NCBI GenBank assembly: GCA_951406725.2
Contig: OX597823.1
Location: 116,994,001-117,058,000, forward strand
DNA: 64,000 nucleotides
Direction: 5' to 3'
From: Octopus vulgaris
Lineage: Eukaryota
Below the pieces are notes generated by a model. That model saw only the letters and a program-made list of their open reading frames with translations, did not search any database and had not been told where the DNA came from. Both the position numbers and the translations under genes were made by a program. Shown piece after piece: positions 38,199 through 52,679 of this stretch (position 1 is the stretch's first letter; every line of letters starts with the position of its first letter).

Positions 38199-38204
38199 TA
38201 TAAG

Positions 38205-38455
38205 CCTTTGATCATGAGGCTCGTTGACATATCATTCCCCAGTCTCCCTCCTCTTCCAAAAATGCATGCAGGGCAGAAGACTGAGGAATAACTGTGACAA
38301 AGCAGTACCAAACCCAGAACAGAGTCTCCCTTGTCATTGCTGTGGCAAAACCTGCTTGTGCTGTATCGGTCAAACCAGCCACCAGCAAACCTGCAGCCAA
38401 TGCGGACAATCCTCTTCATGAATCTTCCTTTGTGAAGCCAAACCATGACAATGAT
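38205..38455 (+). pseudogene. RTE/BovB-like LINE 3' end
   Basis: LPCHCCGKTCLCCIGQTSHQQTC resembles the C-terminal C..C.R.C.SRIGL.SH...C zinc finger; short (TGA) tail follows. Confidence 0.65.
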
Positions 38456-38789
38456 GAGTAAGTGGTACTATCTACATCATCTTCATCCTCAGCATCTTCA
38501 CCAATACACCATAGTGCCATTGACAGTATTTGAACCCAAGAACATTGAATTGACTGTTCAGTACTCAGCGACGTCTCTTGTCACTTATTAACCTTGTCAT
38601 TGGGCACATGTAGGTTATCCCTATGTTCCATCACTGGAACTTAGGAATCTTCTACATGGTTGTCCAACACGTTAGAAATAGTAGCCAAATATCTCTCAAC
38701 CCACATCTATCCTTCCTTAATACCGGTTCCCATAGCATTCTATGCAACCTTTACATGTTATTCCTAAAAGATGATAGGTTGTTCTATAT

Positions 38790-38950
38790 TTAAGAGATGA
38801 AGAATTATGTACATTATTTACATTCGATGGATATTTGTCCTCATCTTGTTTGTTGTTAGCATAACATTTTGGCTGATATACCTGCCATCTTCTTCAGGTG
38901 TCTTGCGGAAATTTCGAACCTGGGTTCTCATTCCTAAGGTATTTTTTTAT
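38790..38950 (-). mobile_element. PLE-terminus-like repeat with degenerate hammerhead (38859-38901)
   Basis: Minus strand: acac-CTGAAGA-agatgg..cagcc-AAAA-tgtt-atgc; GAAA mutated. Confidence 0.45.
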
Positions 38951-40061
38951 GATGTTGTTGTTGTTGTAGTAGTTGTAAAGATGATAGGTTGGTCATGGTT
39001 AGAGTGTCTTTAATCATAAGTTAGCTGATTCAGGCCCAAACAATATCAGCAACATTCCACGAATGGCAAAAATCCAACATGTTTGGTATAAATAATTATT
39101 TCCTGTGTTGTTGTTTATTATAGATTTGTGTATACTTAATCCCAGTACACAAACATCTAGGGTAGTGTCTCAAGTGTGAGAATAAGTCACACTCACCAAT
39201 CCTAGATCCCTTGAGAAGCATTGATCATGGATACTGCCATACCCTCTCTTTTTGAGCCATTAAAAAGAGAAATTCCATTTCCCTTATTGTAGTTAGGAGT
39301 AAATATCAAACCATGTGTTGAAAGTTAGCCTCCATAAAATGGCCTCATCTCCAGAAATTTTATCTCTCATCTTGTTGATGTTATGAAATATTATATTATT
39401 TGATATCCATATAAAATTCTGAGTAGTGAGGCTGAGAAAAGTCATTATTGGGTTTTGCTGTATATTTTGGCACTACATATATTTATACTTGCCTAAGTCT
39501 ACCAAGTTTCAAGAAACAGTCGATAGAGTCTCAAGGGAAGTTGAAGTCAGTAAACAAACGAGGTGAAGGTTTATCTTTCATTTGATTGATGCCATGAAAT
39601 ACTGCATAATTGTGTATAATTACAATAAAATACATGAGGTTAATAAAGTCTATTAGTTACATCCTGTGTTGAGGTTAATAAAGTCAGTTAAATATTTCCT
39701 GTGTTTAATACATTGTCCTTGGAGACAAACAGGACTTGTCTGTTTCAAGAGGAAGTCAATTAGTATTGGATATGTTCTGAGTAAAGGTGGTGTATTTAAC
39801 CCTAGGTCATCTATGACGAAGCAAACCTACAATTAAAGGGATTCCTATTGTGAACATCTTGTCCTTTTGTTTTCAAGACTTAGCTACTATTTATAGCTCA
39901 TCAAATGATAAGATTAGATGTTTTGTCATGAGTTTATTTGCTTTGTATTTCCTTTTTGTTTATATTGTATGTGTAAGTTATTGATGTTATACATATGCTG
40001 TTTATAAGTATTTATGTGTCGTATATATATATATATATATATACATACATACATACATATA

Positions 40062-40755
40062 TCAAACTAAAGTTATAGAACAAACAAATGCAAGGTCATC
40101 CACATATCATTTCATAACTCGAACATTTAATCATAGAATATACATTTAGACATCACGGAAGATGGAATATAATTCATCTGTACAAGCATATAAGAAAGTG
40201 CGAGAAAAAATGTGTGAATATATGTGAATATAATTCATCACGGTTAAAAGTTAATACTTTAGCGATTAAGAAAAAAATTTTTTTTTTTTTTTAAAAACCA
40301 TTACAACACCTAGAAGGTAAAACGTAAAAATATAGTATAAAGTAATATATAAATATATAGGTATATAAAAATATATAAATATAGGAAGCATATAAAAATA
40401 TATAGTATATATAATGTAAAATAAAATAAAGGTTCATCGTTTAGAAAATCTTATAAAATTACTTATCGAAAAAGAGAGGCCTTATAGTTAAAAAAGAGGA
40501 AACCATATTTACTAAATTCCCTATGGCCATTTCAGGGGTATATTATTGTGTTTAAAGCACTAGGGTGCATCACGCTAATAACTCCTTCATCAGGGGAAAA
40601 ATAGAGAGACAGACACCATCGCGTAGCAGGCTTAACACAATATTGTGTGTTTTCTTATTGAAGCAGTCATGCTCAGACGGGCCCAGAAGAAAGAATTAAA
40701 GCAGTAAAAAATTTATTTCATATAAAGCAGTAGAAAAATAAAGCAGTAAAAATAT
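40062..40755. mobile_element. Penelope-like remnant between TA tracts: GIY-YIG fragment (+) and hammerhead (-)
   Basis: HFITRTFNHR/YTFRHHGRWNIIHLYKHIRKCEKK at ~40108-40225 (one frameshift) matches PLE 'FK.RY.NH..SF......T.LSK.IW.LK'. Confidence 0.7.
40517..40598 (-). ncRNA. Type I hammerhead ribozyme with extended stem II
   Basis: TTCCC-CTGATGA-agg...53-nt irregular hairpin...cct-GAAA-T ggcc A-TA-GGGAA. Confidence 0.75.
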
Positions 40756-40965
40756 ATATATTCTTTCAGTGCCTTGACTGTGGCCAAGCTGAAGCACCAC
40801 CTTTAGTTGAACAAATTGATCCCAGGACTTATTCTTTGTAAGCCTAGTACTTATTCTATCAGTCTTTTTTTTGTGGAACCACTAAGTTATAGAAATGTTG
40901 GTGTGTTTACACTAACATCAGTTGTCAAGCAAAGGGGCAGGGGGAAAAAACAGACACACACAAAC

Positions 40966-41006
<41 letters not shown>

Positions 41007-41011
<5 letters not shown>

Positions 41012-41180
41012 GATATGAAGATAGGAAATGCCCCTGGCTCATTAAGCTGAAATGCTTAAAATATCTGGTGATGTGGGTTATGGTCTAGTCAACCGTATTG
41101 TAAATCAGATGATTTATGAAGGAGTCATCCCAATGACTGATGTAGCAGCACCATAGTCAAGTGCTACAAAGGTAAAGGTC
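41007..41180 (+). pseudogene. RTE LINE RT N-terminal fragment
   Basis: IKDMKIGNAPG / AEMLKISGDVG..IVNQM..EGVIP / STIVKCYKGKG. Confidence 0.75.
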
Positions 41181-42042
41181 AATGTATATCATCATCATCA
41201 TCATCATCATTTAACGTCTGTTTTCTGTGCTAGCATGGGTTACACACACAAACACACATATACACACACACACATGTACATGTGTGTATGTATGTATACA
41301 GTCAATATGTAAGAGTTGGATATGCTCAGTATAGAAAATACATAGTAATGCAGAAAAAATACAGAATGAAATTTTAAAATATGTTAATTCATAACTCAAC
41401 AGCTGTTTCCAGAAGCCCAGAATTAAATAATAATCATGACAATCGTAAATTGCAAATGAAATGTGCCAGATTTCTTGTATGAATGTATGTATAGAGACAA
41501 TCATGCAAATAAACAAATAAAACTGCTTGGGTTCCATATACAAAATATACTTACGTGTATACATGCAAACTGGGAGAAAGCAAAGACTGAACATTTTCAG
41601 ACAATGAATATCCAAGCATAAATATATAGATGTTTATATATTAACAGAGCACTCTCTCTCATAGGCTACAAAGATACAGAAAACTAAAGGGAGAAGGTAT
41701 GGTTTTACAAGTCCAGCAGCTGTTTCTGGGAGCTCAGAGTTACATCGTAATGTTTGCAGATGTAGTTTACCAAGATATGCAACCAGTAATGGTAGCAAAT
41801 AAACATTTGATAGATCCGACCTCCATCTGCAGGATGGAGAGATGAAATTTGTATGTATGTATATATATCTGTATGTTTGTACTTTCGTATTTACGTTTGT
41901 ACCTCACCAGTTTGACAACGACTATTGGATTCCTTACATCTCCATAACTTACTACTTTGGTAAAAAGAGACTGATAAAATAAGTAACAGGCATTGGGAAA
42001 AAAATAAGTACTGGGTAAAATTTGTTCAGCTATATCCTTTAA

Positions 42043-42263
42043 CCCTTTTGTTACCGTATTTATTTTGAGATGCTCTGTGTTTCTTTCCATTATTTTAAAT
42101 ATAACAAAGAATTTAGTAAAATAACTTAGTTATCATTAAGCTAGTGTTAAGAACATGAATTGTGACTAACATTTGGTGAAAGATTTTAATTCAAAACTTA
42201 TGGGAACAAAACATTTGTACTACAGAACTAGAGCCGGTTTCAGCCGGGTGGGTAACAAAAGGG
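42043..42263. mobile_element. piggyBac-like MITE inserted in a SINE tail
   Basis: TTAA at 42039-42042 and 42264-42267; TIRs CCCTTTTGTTACC / GGTAACAAAAGGG. Confidence 0.88.
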
Positions 42264-43004
42264 TTAAGGTGGTACCCCAGCATGACCCCAGTCCAATAAC
42301 TGAAACAAGTTAGAGATGAAAGTTAAGTTCTATGAAACACAATGTCAACACTTAGATGGATTAAACAATTCTGTGATACAGAATAAGTCAGAGAAACAAG
42401 GGATTGGTTGGTGTTGTGTTGTATTGGCTCTTATATACATGAAGCTGAAATATTTTAAATATGATAACATGAGGTTGTGGTGATCTGTATTATTAAATCT
42501 ACGACGTCACTGGAGGAGTGTATATTTCCTTTTGGACTGCCTGTGTATACATATTGAACATATTTACATAACTTCTGACTCATTAAACACACTGCTAATT
42601 TTACACTTTTACACATCCTCTCTATGTATATATAGTCTGTGTGCATATACATATCTGTGTGTGTGTATGTGTTTGTTTGCTTGTGTGTGTATGTGTTTGT
42701 TTGCTTGTGTGTGCATGTACACTCCTTCCTTTGATATTTTACTATTTGGTTACAGCAGAGAGATCAATATGACTCAACTCACTGACTCAGCTTCACCTCA
42801 CTCTATCTATCTCTCCCTCTCATTTTATCTCTCTCTCTCTCTCTCCATCAATCTATCCATCTTTAGTAGTATATGTATATTAATCCTAATCCTAACTGTA
42901 AGTTAGGATTAATATTCCCTCAAATAATTATATAAATCATCATTATATATATGTATATATTAACACACACATACATACATATAAACATGATACATAGATA
43001 CATG

Positions 43005-43048
<44 letters not shown>

Positions 43049-43358
43049 TACACACAGCTCATCTCCTCTCAGTCTTTTCCCTACATCTTCTCCCTCAATC
43101 TTGTCCTTTTCTACCTCACTTTTTTCTTGTACTCAATACAAGAATACACCATTGTCCTCCATTTCTACCTCTTAAGACATCCAACATCTTACTACAAACC
43201 TCCTCACTTGGCTGTACACATCCATTCAATACATTATTTTAGGGAATGGATACTCTCTGTCAATCTTTCTACACCACCGTCTCCAACACCATCACAATGA
43301 TAGCTATTACCCTCTACCCCTGCTATTACCGCCTCAATCATCAACACCCTCTTTCCTG

Positions 43359-43390
<32 letters not shown>

Positions 43391-43674
43391 CCCTTTCACT
43401 CATTCTCTCACACACACTCCTCCTCTCTCTTTCTTTCTCTTTGTTCTCTCTTTCTGTGTGTGTGTGTACAGGGGATGTGGTCCTATTCCCATGAGCTTTT
43501 TCCACACAAAAAGGTATTTTTCAATCTAATATTTATATGCTATCATTTGTCTCCCAAGATCAACTGCTCTCCCCCAAATCATTTCACAACTCAAAAGATT
43601 ATAAAATTATTTTAAGACCAACAATACTTGTCTGTCTGTCTGTCTCTCTCTCTTTCTCTGTACATATATATGTA

Positions 43675-43710
<36 letters not shown>

Positions 43711-43715
<5 letters not shown>

Positions 43716-44272
43716 ACTTATAAGTAAGGGCTAAAGAAAAATTATTTCAAAGCCAATAAGCTGATAACAGACTATTAAATCGTCAATTTCCACATATAAT
43801 CTACTCGCTACAGCAAAAATCGAACTGAAGTCGGGCAAACTGGCCATTAGAATATTTAAATTTCATTAGATATAACTGGGGTACTTAAATGTACTCATGT
43901 TTTTTGCTTCGGCTTTTTCCATGGGCGCATGTAAGTATCTTATTTATATTCTCTCGTAAGCTCTACTGAAGACGAATAAATCTTTTATGAAATTAATTCC
44001 GAAATTGATTCAATATAGAAATAACGAAATTTAAATAGTCTAATGGCCAGTTTGCCTGACTTCAGTTCGATTTTTGCTGTAGCGAGTAGATTATATGTGG
44101 AAATTGACGATTTAATAGTCTGTTAACAGCATATTGGCTTTGAAATAATTTTTCTTTAGCCCTTACTTATAAGTTGTTTATAATTTTAACCGTAAAGGTA
44201 TTTTAATATGCTGCCACATTTCTTGATGGAATTTTTTTCTGTAGAAGAAAAAACTTCATCCTATATTAGTAG
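43711..44272. mobile_element. Asymmetric inverted-repeat element in (TA)n (arms 43711-43868 / 44022-44179, tail 44180-44272)
   Basis: 158-bp arms, near-perfect reverse complements; hammerhead in the spacer. Confidence 0.82.
43962..44019 (+). ncRNA. Type I hammerhead ribozyme
   Basis: TCTA-CTGAAGA-c gaat..attc c-GAAA-TTG att CAA-TA-TAGA; predicted AUA cleavage after 44015; C-C mismatch at the base of stem II. Confidence 0.65.
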
Positions 44273-44730
<458 letters not shown>

Positions 44731-45869
44731 TAAATGTAAAAAAATACAAACTGGGACAAGAACGTGAAACATTTAGAAGACGATACAAAAAACACAGACG
44801 GGACATTCGAAGCCTTCAATCTTCAGTCAAGAACCGGATCATCTTCGCAATTTCGGCTGATTAATCTTGAGATTGCTCCGATCTGGCCAGCCCCAAAGGA
44901 AAATCTAAGCTAAGCGCATTAGATTCCTTGGAAGATTCCCGGACGATATTACATGAATAAAAATACAAAAACACGTAAAAACAATAATGATAACACGAAT
45001 AAGAATACAAAAATATGTAAAAACATACGTAATATACAAAAATGCGTACAGTAATTCATATATGCCAAGGGTTGGGGAATTTTTTTAACCAATTACCCCC
45101 AAAATAAATTCATTGACGCCGATTTGAAAGGAAGAAAATCATAGATTATTTGAATTCAAAAGGTTTATCGAATCTGTTTCCACCTCCATTTCATTGGACA
45201 GATGTAGTTTTGCCAGAGGAAAAATTTCTGTTGCAACAAGGAACACTTTCTTTCTGTAATTTTATTTATGTCAAATGAGTCACCTATATAGCTAGGCACT
45301 TTATACGTGTGAAACCAATGGTCACTCTCTGAGTGGTCATAACAACCAACCTTCTAAATACATGTGTGTGTGTGTGTGTGTGTATGTACATATATGTATG
45401 TATGTCTTCATGTACTCACACTCACACACATATAATTATATTATCTTATATTTATCAGTTTCTCTCAAGCAATAAGTAAAAGAAGATTAATATGGGAATA
45501 TATTTACATTCTCTGAACGCTCTATTTGTGTAGGTAACTGAATAACTCCCAAATTGTTAAGAAGTTTCTTTGGCAGCCTCAAGGCCCTGGGTTTTGTCTA
45601 TGACCTTGGACTGACTCATACATTGGGATGAAACTGCGTACATGGAAATTGTACAGAAGACCATCAAATGGATTATACCTGTATCTTAAAAGGTACCCAT
45701 TGTGACACACTGATTCTGCCAGTAAATTCTATTAAGAATACACATGACTGTGGAATACTCTGCCACTTAAGTATTAATTCAGCAGCAAGTTATTCAGTTG
45801 ATAAAACTAGTGAATCCTCATCATTGAACAAAAGAGATAAATGACCAAAATACATGTAGGTAAATGTAA

Positions 45870-46200
45870 AGGCCCCCTTCGGTCATGAATGACCATGGGA
45901 TAGTACCTAGAAAGTTATTCTCCATGACATAAGTCTGGGTGAGGGTGTTTATGGAAGACCAGCAGTCGTCCATGCATACCAACCTCTCCTATCCATGACA
46001 TTGATGTTATCCTAGGGAAAGGCAAAGTCTGATACAGCTTGGCACCTGTGATGTCACAACTCATTTCTATAGCTGAGGGAACTGAAGCAATGTGAAATAA
46101 AGTGTCTTGCTCAAGAACACAACACACAACTTGGTCCAGGAATCGAACTCACTACCTCATGATTGTGAGTCTGACAACCTAATCACTGATCCATGTACCT
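45870..46200 (-). mobile_element. tRNA-derived SINE (family C variant)
   Basis: Homologous to 33965-34300 and 50270-50460. Confidence 0.75.
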
Positions 46201-46219
46201 TTACAAATATATATATATA

Positions 46220-46615
46220 GTCAATAACACCACCATGTCCCCAAGAATACAAATATATTAGAAATAGAACTACCACAGCAACACAATGATAACACCACCA
46301 CTAACACTACCATCATACCACTACCATACCAACCATACACCACTAACACAGCCACTGTACAATAATCACACCATGAATACCATCCCACCGACACTACATC
46401 AGTACTACAACCACCACAACACCAACATATCCACACTAATGTCAGCCTAATCACGGCACCACCAACACATTCACACCACCAACACAGTCACACCACCAAC
46501 ACAGTCACACCACCACCACAGTCACACAACCAACCATGCAACCACCACCACACTGCTAACACAACCACCAATGCTGCAATGCAATCACCATGCTACCATC
46601 ACAGACACACAACCA
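46220..46615. repeat. ACC/CAC-rich low-complexity tract
   Basis: Directly visible. Confidence 0.8.
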
Positions 46616-47335
46616 ATAAAGCAAGCATAGCTATAGAAGCTAACAAATAGCTTGCTGCTTATTCTTTGCAGAGCTGCCAAATCTCTGCTGAATTTTATCC
46701 CTTCTGCTGTTTGCTCATTGAAATGTATCATATATAAACACATATAAATGTATTTTTTCAACAACTTTAGCCTTAATTCTAGTTCATATATTGAACTGTT
46801 TTATGTGCACCTCATAAAGTCTATATTTTGAAGAGAAATTCAGTGAAAATCACTGAAAAATTTTCACTCCTCCTAAAGAAATATAGGTGTAAATTCTACT
46901 TTATTTCTCACTACAGCCTGCATTGGCAAAAGACTGAAATGCCAGGCAGCCATGAATTGCAAACAACCATGGTGGACTAAAATGATTTGTACTACATTTT
47001 TTTTTTAACTGTTTCCAATTATTTGACTGTAGCCATGATGGAACTCTACATCTGGCCATGAAATTATAAGACAACCATTAGAACAACTGGATATTAGAGT
47101 TTACTTTGATGCTTGCCTTTTTTCACTATATTATGCACTATGTCTTCTCCTTCTGTGTACGGGTTTATGTATGTATATCTATGTATGTATATCTATGTAT
47201 GTATATCTATGTATGTATATCTATGTATGTATGCTTGCATATTATGATCCTGGTTGGTTTCTTTACATCTCCATAACTTAGTGATTGATTTATTCGACTA
47301 AAACCCTTCTTGGTGCTGCCCCAAATACATGCATG

Positions 47336-47367
<32 letters not shown>

Positions 47368-47406
47368 AATGGATGGATGGATGTATAACCAAACATGCAC
47401 AGACAG

Positions 47407-47438
<32 letters not shown>

Positions 47439-48239
47439 GTATATACATACAACCATTTTTATATGTATATACATATCAGTGTATATCTGTATATACACTA
47501 CTGAACAGATACACAGAATATTGTACAGAGAAACAGGAGAAACCCATTCTCCAGGGTGTATAGTTAGAATTTATTTATTTATTTAACTTGAAATCTTCTG
47601 TCCATCAATCTTTGCAATTTCCTGTTCTTTGTACATCATTCAACATATCTGCTATGAAATTTAGGTTCTGAACATAGACACACAATGGTATGTCTTGTCA
47701 ATTGTCAGGCTAGGAACATCCAGAACTGAATTCATCAAAAACGAGAAAAACAAAAGATAAGATTTAGAAATCATAGAAACCACTTCTAGAATCTTCTAAA
47801 CACAGAAGAATCTGACCATATTTAGATCTTTGCTGCCAAAACTAAAAGCCTACATGAACACAGATAAAATTTACATTCTTCAAACTCCTGTCAAAGAACA
47901 TAACAAAACCACAAATCCTCACATTTAGATCAACATTTAACAAACAGAACCAGAAACACAAGTGACTAGGTTAAAAATGGACGACAGCTCTGCTTGCGTG
48001 TCTTTGTGTGTGCTTGTGTTTGTGTGTGTGTGCTTAAATTACCATTTTTTTAAATGTATTTTTCGTCTGTATTTCTTTCCTATTCTACATTTTTCACTCA
48101 TGATGTTGTTGTTATATCTTACTTCATTTCCTTTCAAAATATATATTCCAGTTTAGAGTTGAAGTAATGTTTGAATGTAACGCTTCACTGCCATTGAAGA
48201 ATTGGTCGGAAAATCTATGAGCTGAAACTTTGTACTGTC

Positions 48240-48273
48240 CATATATATATATGTATATGTATATGTATATGTG

Positions 48274-48319
<46 letters not shown>

Positions 48320-48328
48320 CACATATAC

Positions 48329-48364
<36 letters not shown>

Positions 48365-48397
48365 ATATATATATATATATATGTATATGTATATGTG

Positions 48398-48456
<59 letters not shown>
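48240..48456. repeat. (TA)n microsatellite
   Basis: Directly visible. Confidence 0.97.
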
Positions 48457-48459
<3 letters not shown>

Positions 48460-48752
48460 GTATGGCTGACAGTATTTTTGGTCATCTGTCTGTGTGTATC
48501 TGATGGATGTGTACGGAAGGTGGGCTGTAAATTCCAATCTCAAGTATACATCTCATGTTTAACTTTTTGTTTCCAACTAAAAATGATTGTTTGCTGACCC
48601 ACACAACCCACAGTCTACCCAGCTACCATTGAAACTGACACGTCACAGTTAGAAATTATTATGATTGTTGTTGTTATTATTATTATTATTGATAATTACA
48701 AATAGTAATAACAGGTGTATACACATAAATATATATATATGCATATATGTGC

Positions 48753-48812
<60 letters not shown>

Positions 48813-49458
48813 CTGTGTATATATATATGTATAAGTATGTTTATATATGTGTGTGTACAAATATATGAGTGTATACATAAACATATACAAATATATATGT
48901 ATGTATGTAAATATACATATATATATATATACAAACATACGTGTGAGTGTGTGTATGTGTGTGTGTGCACGCGCATGTATATGAATGCGTCAATGTAAGG
49001 TATGAGAGCTGATGTATTGATATTTTTGCCTGTACACTGTTTAAACTCAAGCAATTCTCTGTTTTAAAAACATTTTTCATCTCTTCTGAAACTTATGACC
49101 CTCAACGTCACCATCATGAGATGTATATTTGAGGCAACCACCATCACCATAACATCAGCATCGTCTCTTCTTTCTCTTCTCATATTTTTCCCTTCATCTT
49201 CCCCCTCCATCTTCTAGCTATAATATTTGGCTATTTATTATGATGGTCAACCTCATCTATACTTATCATTATTTATTGTAGAAATGAAAAACCGATCTTC
49301 TCAATGGAACCAATTTGTCTTTTTTCTTTACTACTATTATTTATATTGTTTTATATATATAGATATTTCTTTTTTCATCCTCCATTTTATATCGATGGTT
49401 CTATATAATTTATACAAATTCTTTTTAAAAAATAAGAAAAAAAATACTTCAGCATAAC

Positions 49459-49496
<38 letters not shown>

Positions 49497-49643
49497 TGTT
49501 TACATTACTGAAAACTCTGATGGTGTTCTGTGTTTTATCTGTCATGGGTAGGGGCAGTCAAATAATTACTAGTAATGTATTGGGGTTATTTTAAGTCAAT
49601 ATATGTCTTCTTCTTTTGCACAAATAACAACAACAACTATATC

Positions 49644-49674
<31 letters not shown>

Positions 49675-50267
49675 GGAATGATGACAGTGGTTTCTTTTAT
49701 TGTTAACTATGATTTGTTTTAACTAATAATAACTTACCGTATGTTTTATCAAAAGAAATAAATGTTATTGGTAGCTAGAAGCATGACTGTTTTTAATCCT
49801 TATTTTGCTGGGTTTGGCGATCAATTCCTACCCTAGTTGTTGTTCTCTTGCTATTTTATCTAATTTTTCTATTTATTTTCTGTTTCACATCCACATTACC
49901 ATGCTAATGTAAGGAAAAGATGTTTGTCAGAATCATTTTTGTTTTGCAGTTTTGCTCATACAAAACAGATACTATATTGTAAACCATTTCCTTAAGCATG
50001 CAGACATTGTGGGTACTTCAAACTACTGAAGGAGGAAAGAAATCTGTGGTTGTACTTCTTCCATTGACTCTTCTCTGTAAAAATATATATTCCAACAAGT
50101 CAGTCATAAATATTTATCTTAGTCATGTCAACAACTGAAATACATCAGAGTCTATTAGACTAAAGAATTATGACTGAATGAAGAAATGTCTAGTGTGTAT
50201 ACAAGCACATATGTCATGCACAGAAAACTTGTGTTGCATATACACAAAATGTAGGTTGTATATTGTG

Positions 50268-50778
50268 ACCCCCTTTAGTCATGAATGACCATGGGATTGC
50301 ACCTAGAAAGTTACCCTCCGAGGCACAAGTCTGGGCAAGGTCGTTTATGGAAGACCAGCAGTCACCCATGCATACCAGCCTCCCTTCTCCATGCTACCAA
50401 TGTTATCCAAGGGAAAGGCAAAGGCCGAAGCAGCTTGGCACCCATGACATCGCAGCTCATTTATTAACATGCAAGTGGCAGAGCATTCCACAGACACGTG
50501 TACACTTAACGTAGTTCTCGGGGAGATTCAGCGTGACACAGAGTGTGACAAGGCTGGCCCTTTGAAATACAGACATAACAGAAACAGGAAGAAAGAGTGA
50601 GAGAAAGTTGTGGTGAAAGAGTACAGCAGGGTTCACCACCACCCCCTACTGGAGCCTCGTGGAGCTTTAGGTGTTTTCACTCAATAAATACTCATGATGC
50701 CCAGTCTGGGAATCGAAGCCACAATCCTACAACCACGAGTCCGCTGCCCTAACCACTGGGCCATTGCACCTCCACAGG
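50268..50778 (-). mobile_element. Composite tRNA-derived SINE(s)
   Basis: Head 'ggaggtgcaatggcccagtggttagggc..ttcgattccc' on minus; segments shared with 1600-1902, 45870-46200 and 56445-56710. Confidence 0.75.
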
Positions 50779-51669
50779 TTGTATATACAAATAAATATGC
50801 TGTGTATACACACAAGCTATATGTTGTGCATTTACAGATGCACAACATATGAGAGATGCTGCCTCCTCATTCTCCATCACAATACAACAGTAATGTTTTA
50901 CACTGACACAAAGTCAGACGAAACAGGAGTCAGTGGAGGTTGTCACCAATGGAATCAATTCTCAGTATATTAATGATGTTTTCTGTCTACTGTGGTTGGA
51001 TGAAAACAAAGCTGGTCCCACAAGATTTGACTACAACACTTAAGAAGAGTGTAGCAACAACACAATATCACAGAACATTTTAACTAACATGTGTAGTGAA
51101 TGTTGCTTGCATGCATGAAGTGGATTCGATCCACCACAGCCAAATTTAAATTAACACTGCTACAGAACTTTTCCCACAATGGAACAATGTTTTTCTCTGA
51201 CAGCAGTTTTACATTTTCCAGATGCCTTTAGCTAGGCCGAAATAATGTCTTCACCACTTGACCCTTTCTAACCTCTTCTACTTCACCAAAAGCTAGAATA
51301 GATAACAAGACCACCAACTAAATCTATTGTTCTCAAGGATATATATCTCTCCTTCTGGATCTTAATATAAGCAAGCACATCCCAAGCAAAAATCAGTCAG
51401 TCACATCTTGACGACTCAACATGGTCTGGCTGACCAACCTTGGTCAGAGGGAGAAAGCAGCTATGAGACAAAACCCCACCATTCTCTCTAGCTCTAATTC
51501 TGTTCTCTTACAACATCATTCTATCTCTCTCTCTGTAATTACTACTAAACAATGAAGAGAACCCAAACTCAAACATTCTACCGCATCTAACTTTCGAATG
51601 CTTTTGGATTTATCAACCTGCCCGTCAAGGCAAGGTATTGTAACATAACGGTAAATAAATACCTTCTTA

Positions 51670-51975
51670 AAACTTCATGCATCATCTATCTTTCACATCC
51701 TACAGTATGCTGTCCTAACAACAAGTATTTATCGTCACAACTGCTGACTCCCGGACATATCTTAATAATGTTTACCAATCGATTAAAAACCATTACACAT
51801 ATAATCTACAACCAATTCTGCTATAAATCACATGGCAACCTCGACTGTCCACCACAAAAGCACTACCATCTCTAGCCTACATGTACATCGTCCCATCTCA
51901 ATGTATTCTGAAACTGCCACAACAGCTTCTGATCCTCTGCACTGATTGTAAATCACCTCCTACCAGACTAAACCC
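51670..51975 (+). pseudogene. Highly decayed PLE GIY-YIG-like fragment
   Basis: CILKLPQQLLILCTDCKSPPTRLN resembles 'RK..EQ.LI..L....P.GLN'. Confidence 0.3.
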
Positions 51976-52286
51976 TCTTTCATTGCTGATACTGTCTCTC
52001 ATACTCCGATCCTTATTCCTGATCCTTTTTTTTTTATCCACCTCCAGAATTCTCACCTCATTCATGTGTTAAGAGTTATCACCTCACTTTCAAGCTGAAC
52101 ATCAACCATACTAATCTTGTCTGTGTGGCAGGAGAGAGCATGGCTGAAAGTCAAGGGTGCAGCCATTCCCTCTTCTATCTAATTAAATCATACAATGATA
52201 TCACAACTCACAAATGATAAAGAAGTCACCCACTTTAAATAAATATGCTCAGTTTCAATATAATTTAACAAATTATATTGTAAACA

Positions 52287-52679
52287 GGCACAGGAGTGGC
52301 TGTGTGGTAAGTAGCTTGCTTACTAACCACATGGTTCCGGGTTCAGTCCCACTGCATGGCACCTTGGGCGTCTTCTATTATAGCCTCAGGCCGACCCAAA
52401 GCCTTGTAAGCGGATTTGGTTGACAGAAACTGAAAGAAGCCCGTCGTATATATGTATGTGTGTGTGTATATGTTTCTGTGTCTGTGTTTGTCTCCCCAAC
52501 ATCGCTTGACAACCGATGCTGGTGTGTTTACGTCCCCATAACTTAGCGGTTCAGAAAAAGAGACCGATAGAATAAATACTAGGCTTACAATGAATAAGTC
52601 CTGGGGTCGATTTGCTCGACTAAAGGTGGTGCTCCAGCCTGGCCATAGTCAAATGACTGAAACAAGTAAAAGAGTAAAT
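52287..52679 (+). mobile_element. Full-length CORE-like SINE
   Basis: Close to 13058-13478. Confidence 0.88.

Noticed and set aside
44731-45060. Repeat-like segment with CTGAAGA on minus
   Set aside because: Followed by GAAT with no stem I complement; not called as a ribozyme.
48185-48240. ttgaaga...GAAACtttGTA next to a TA tract
   Set aside because: Core is mutated and stem I does not pair.
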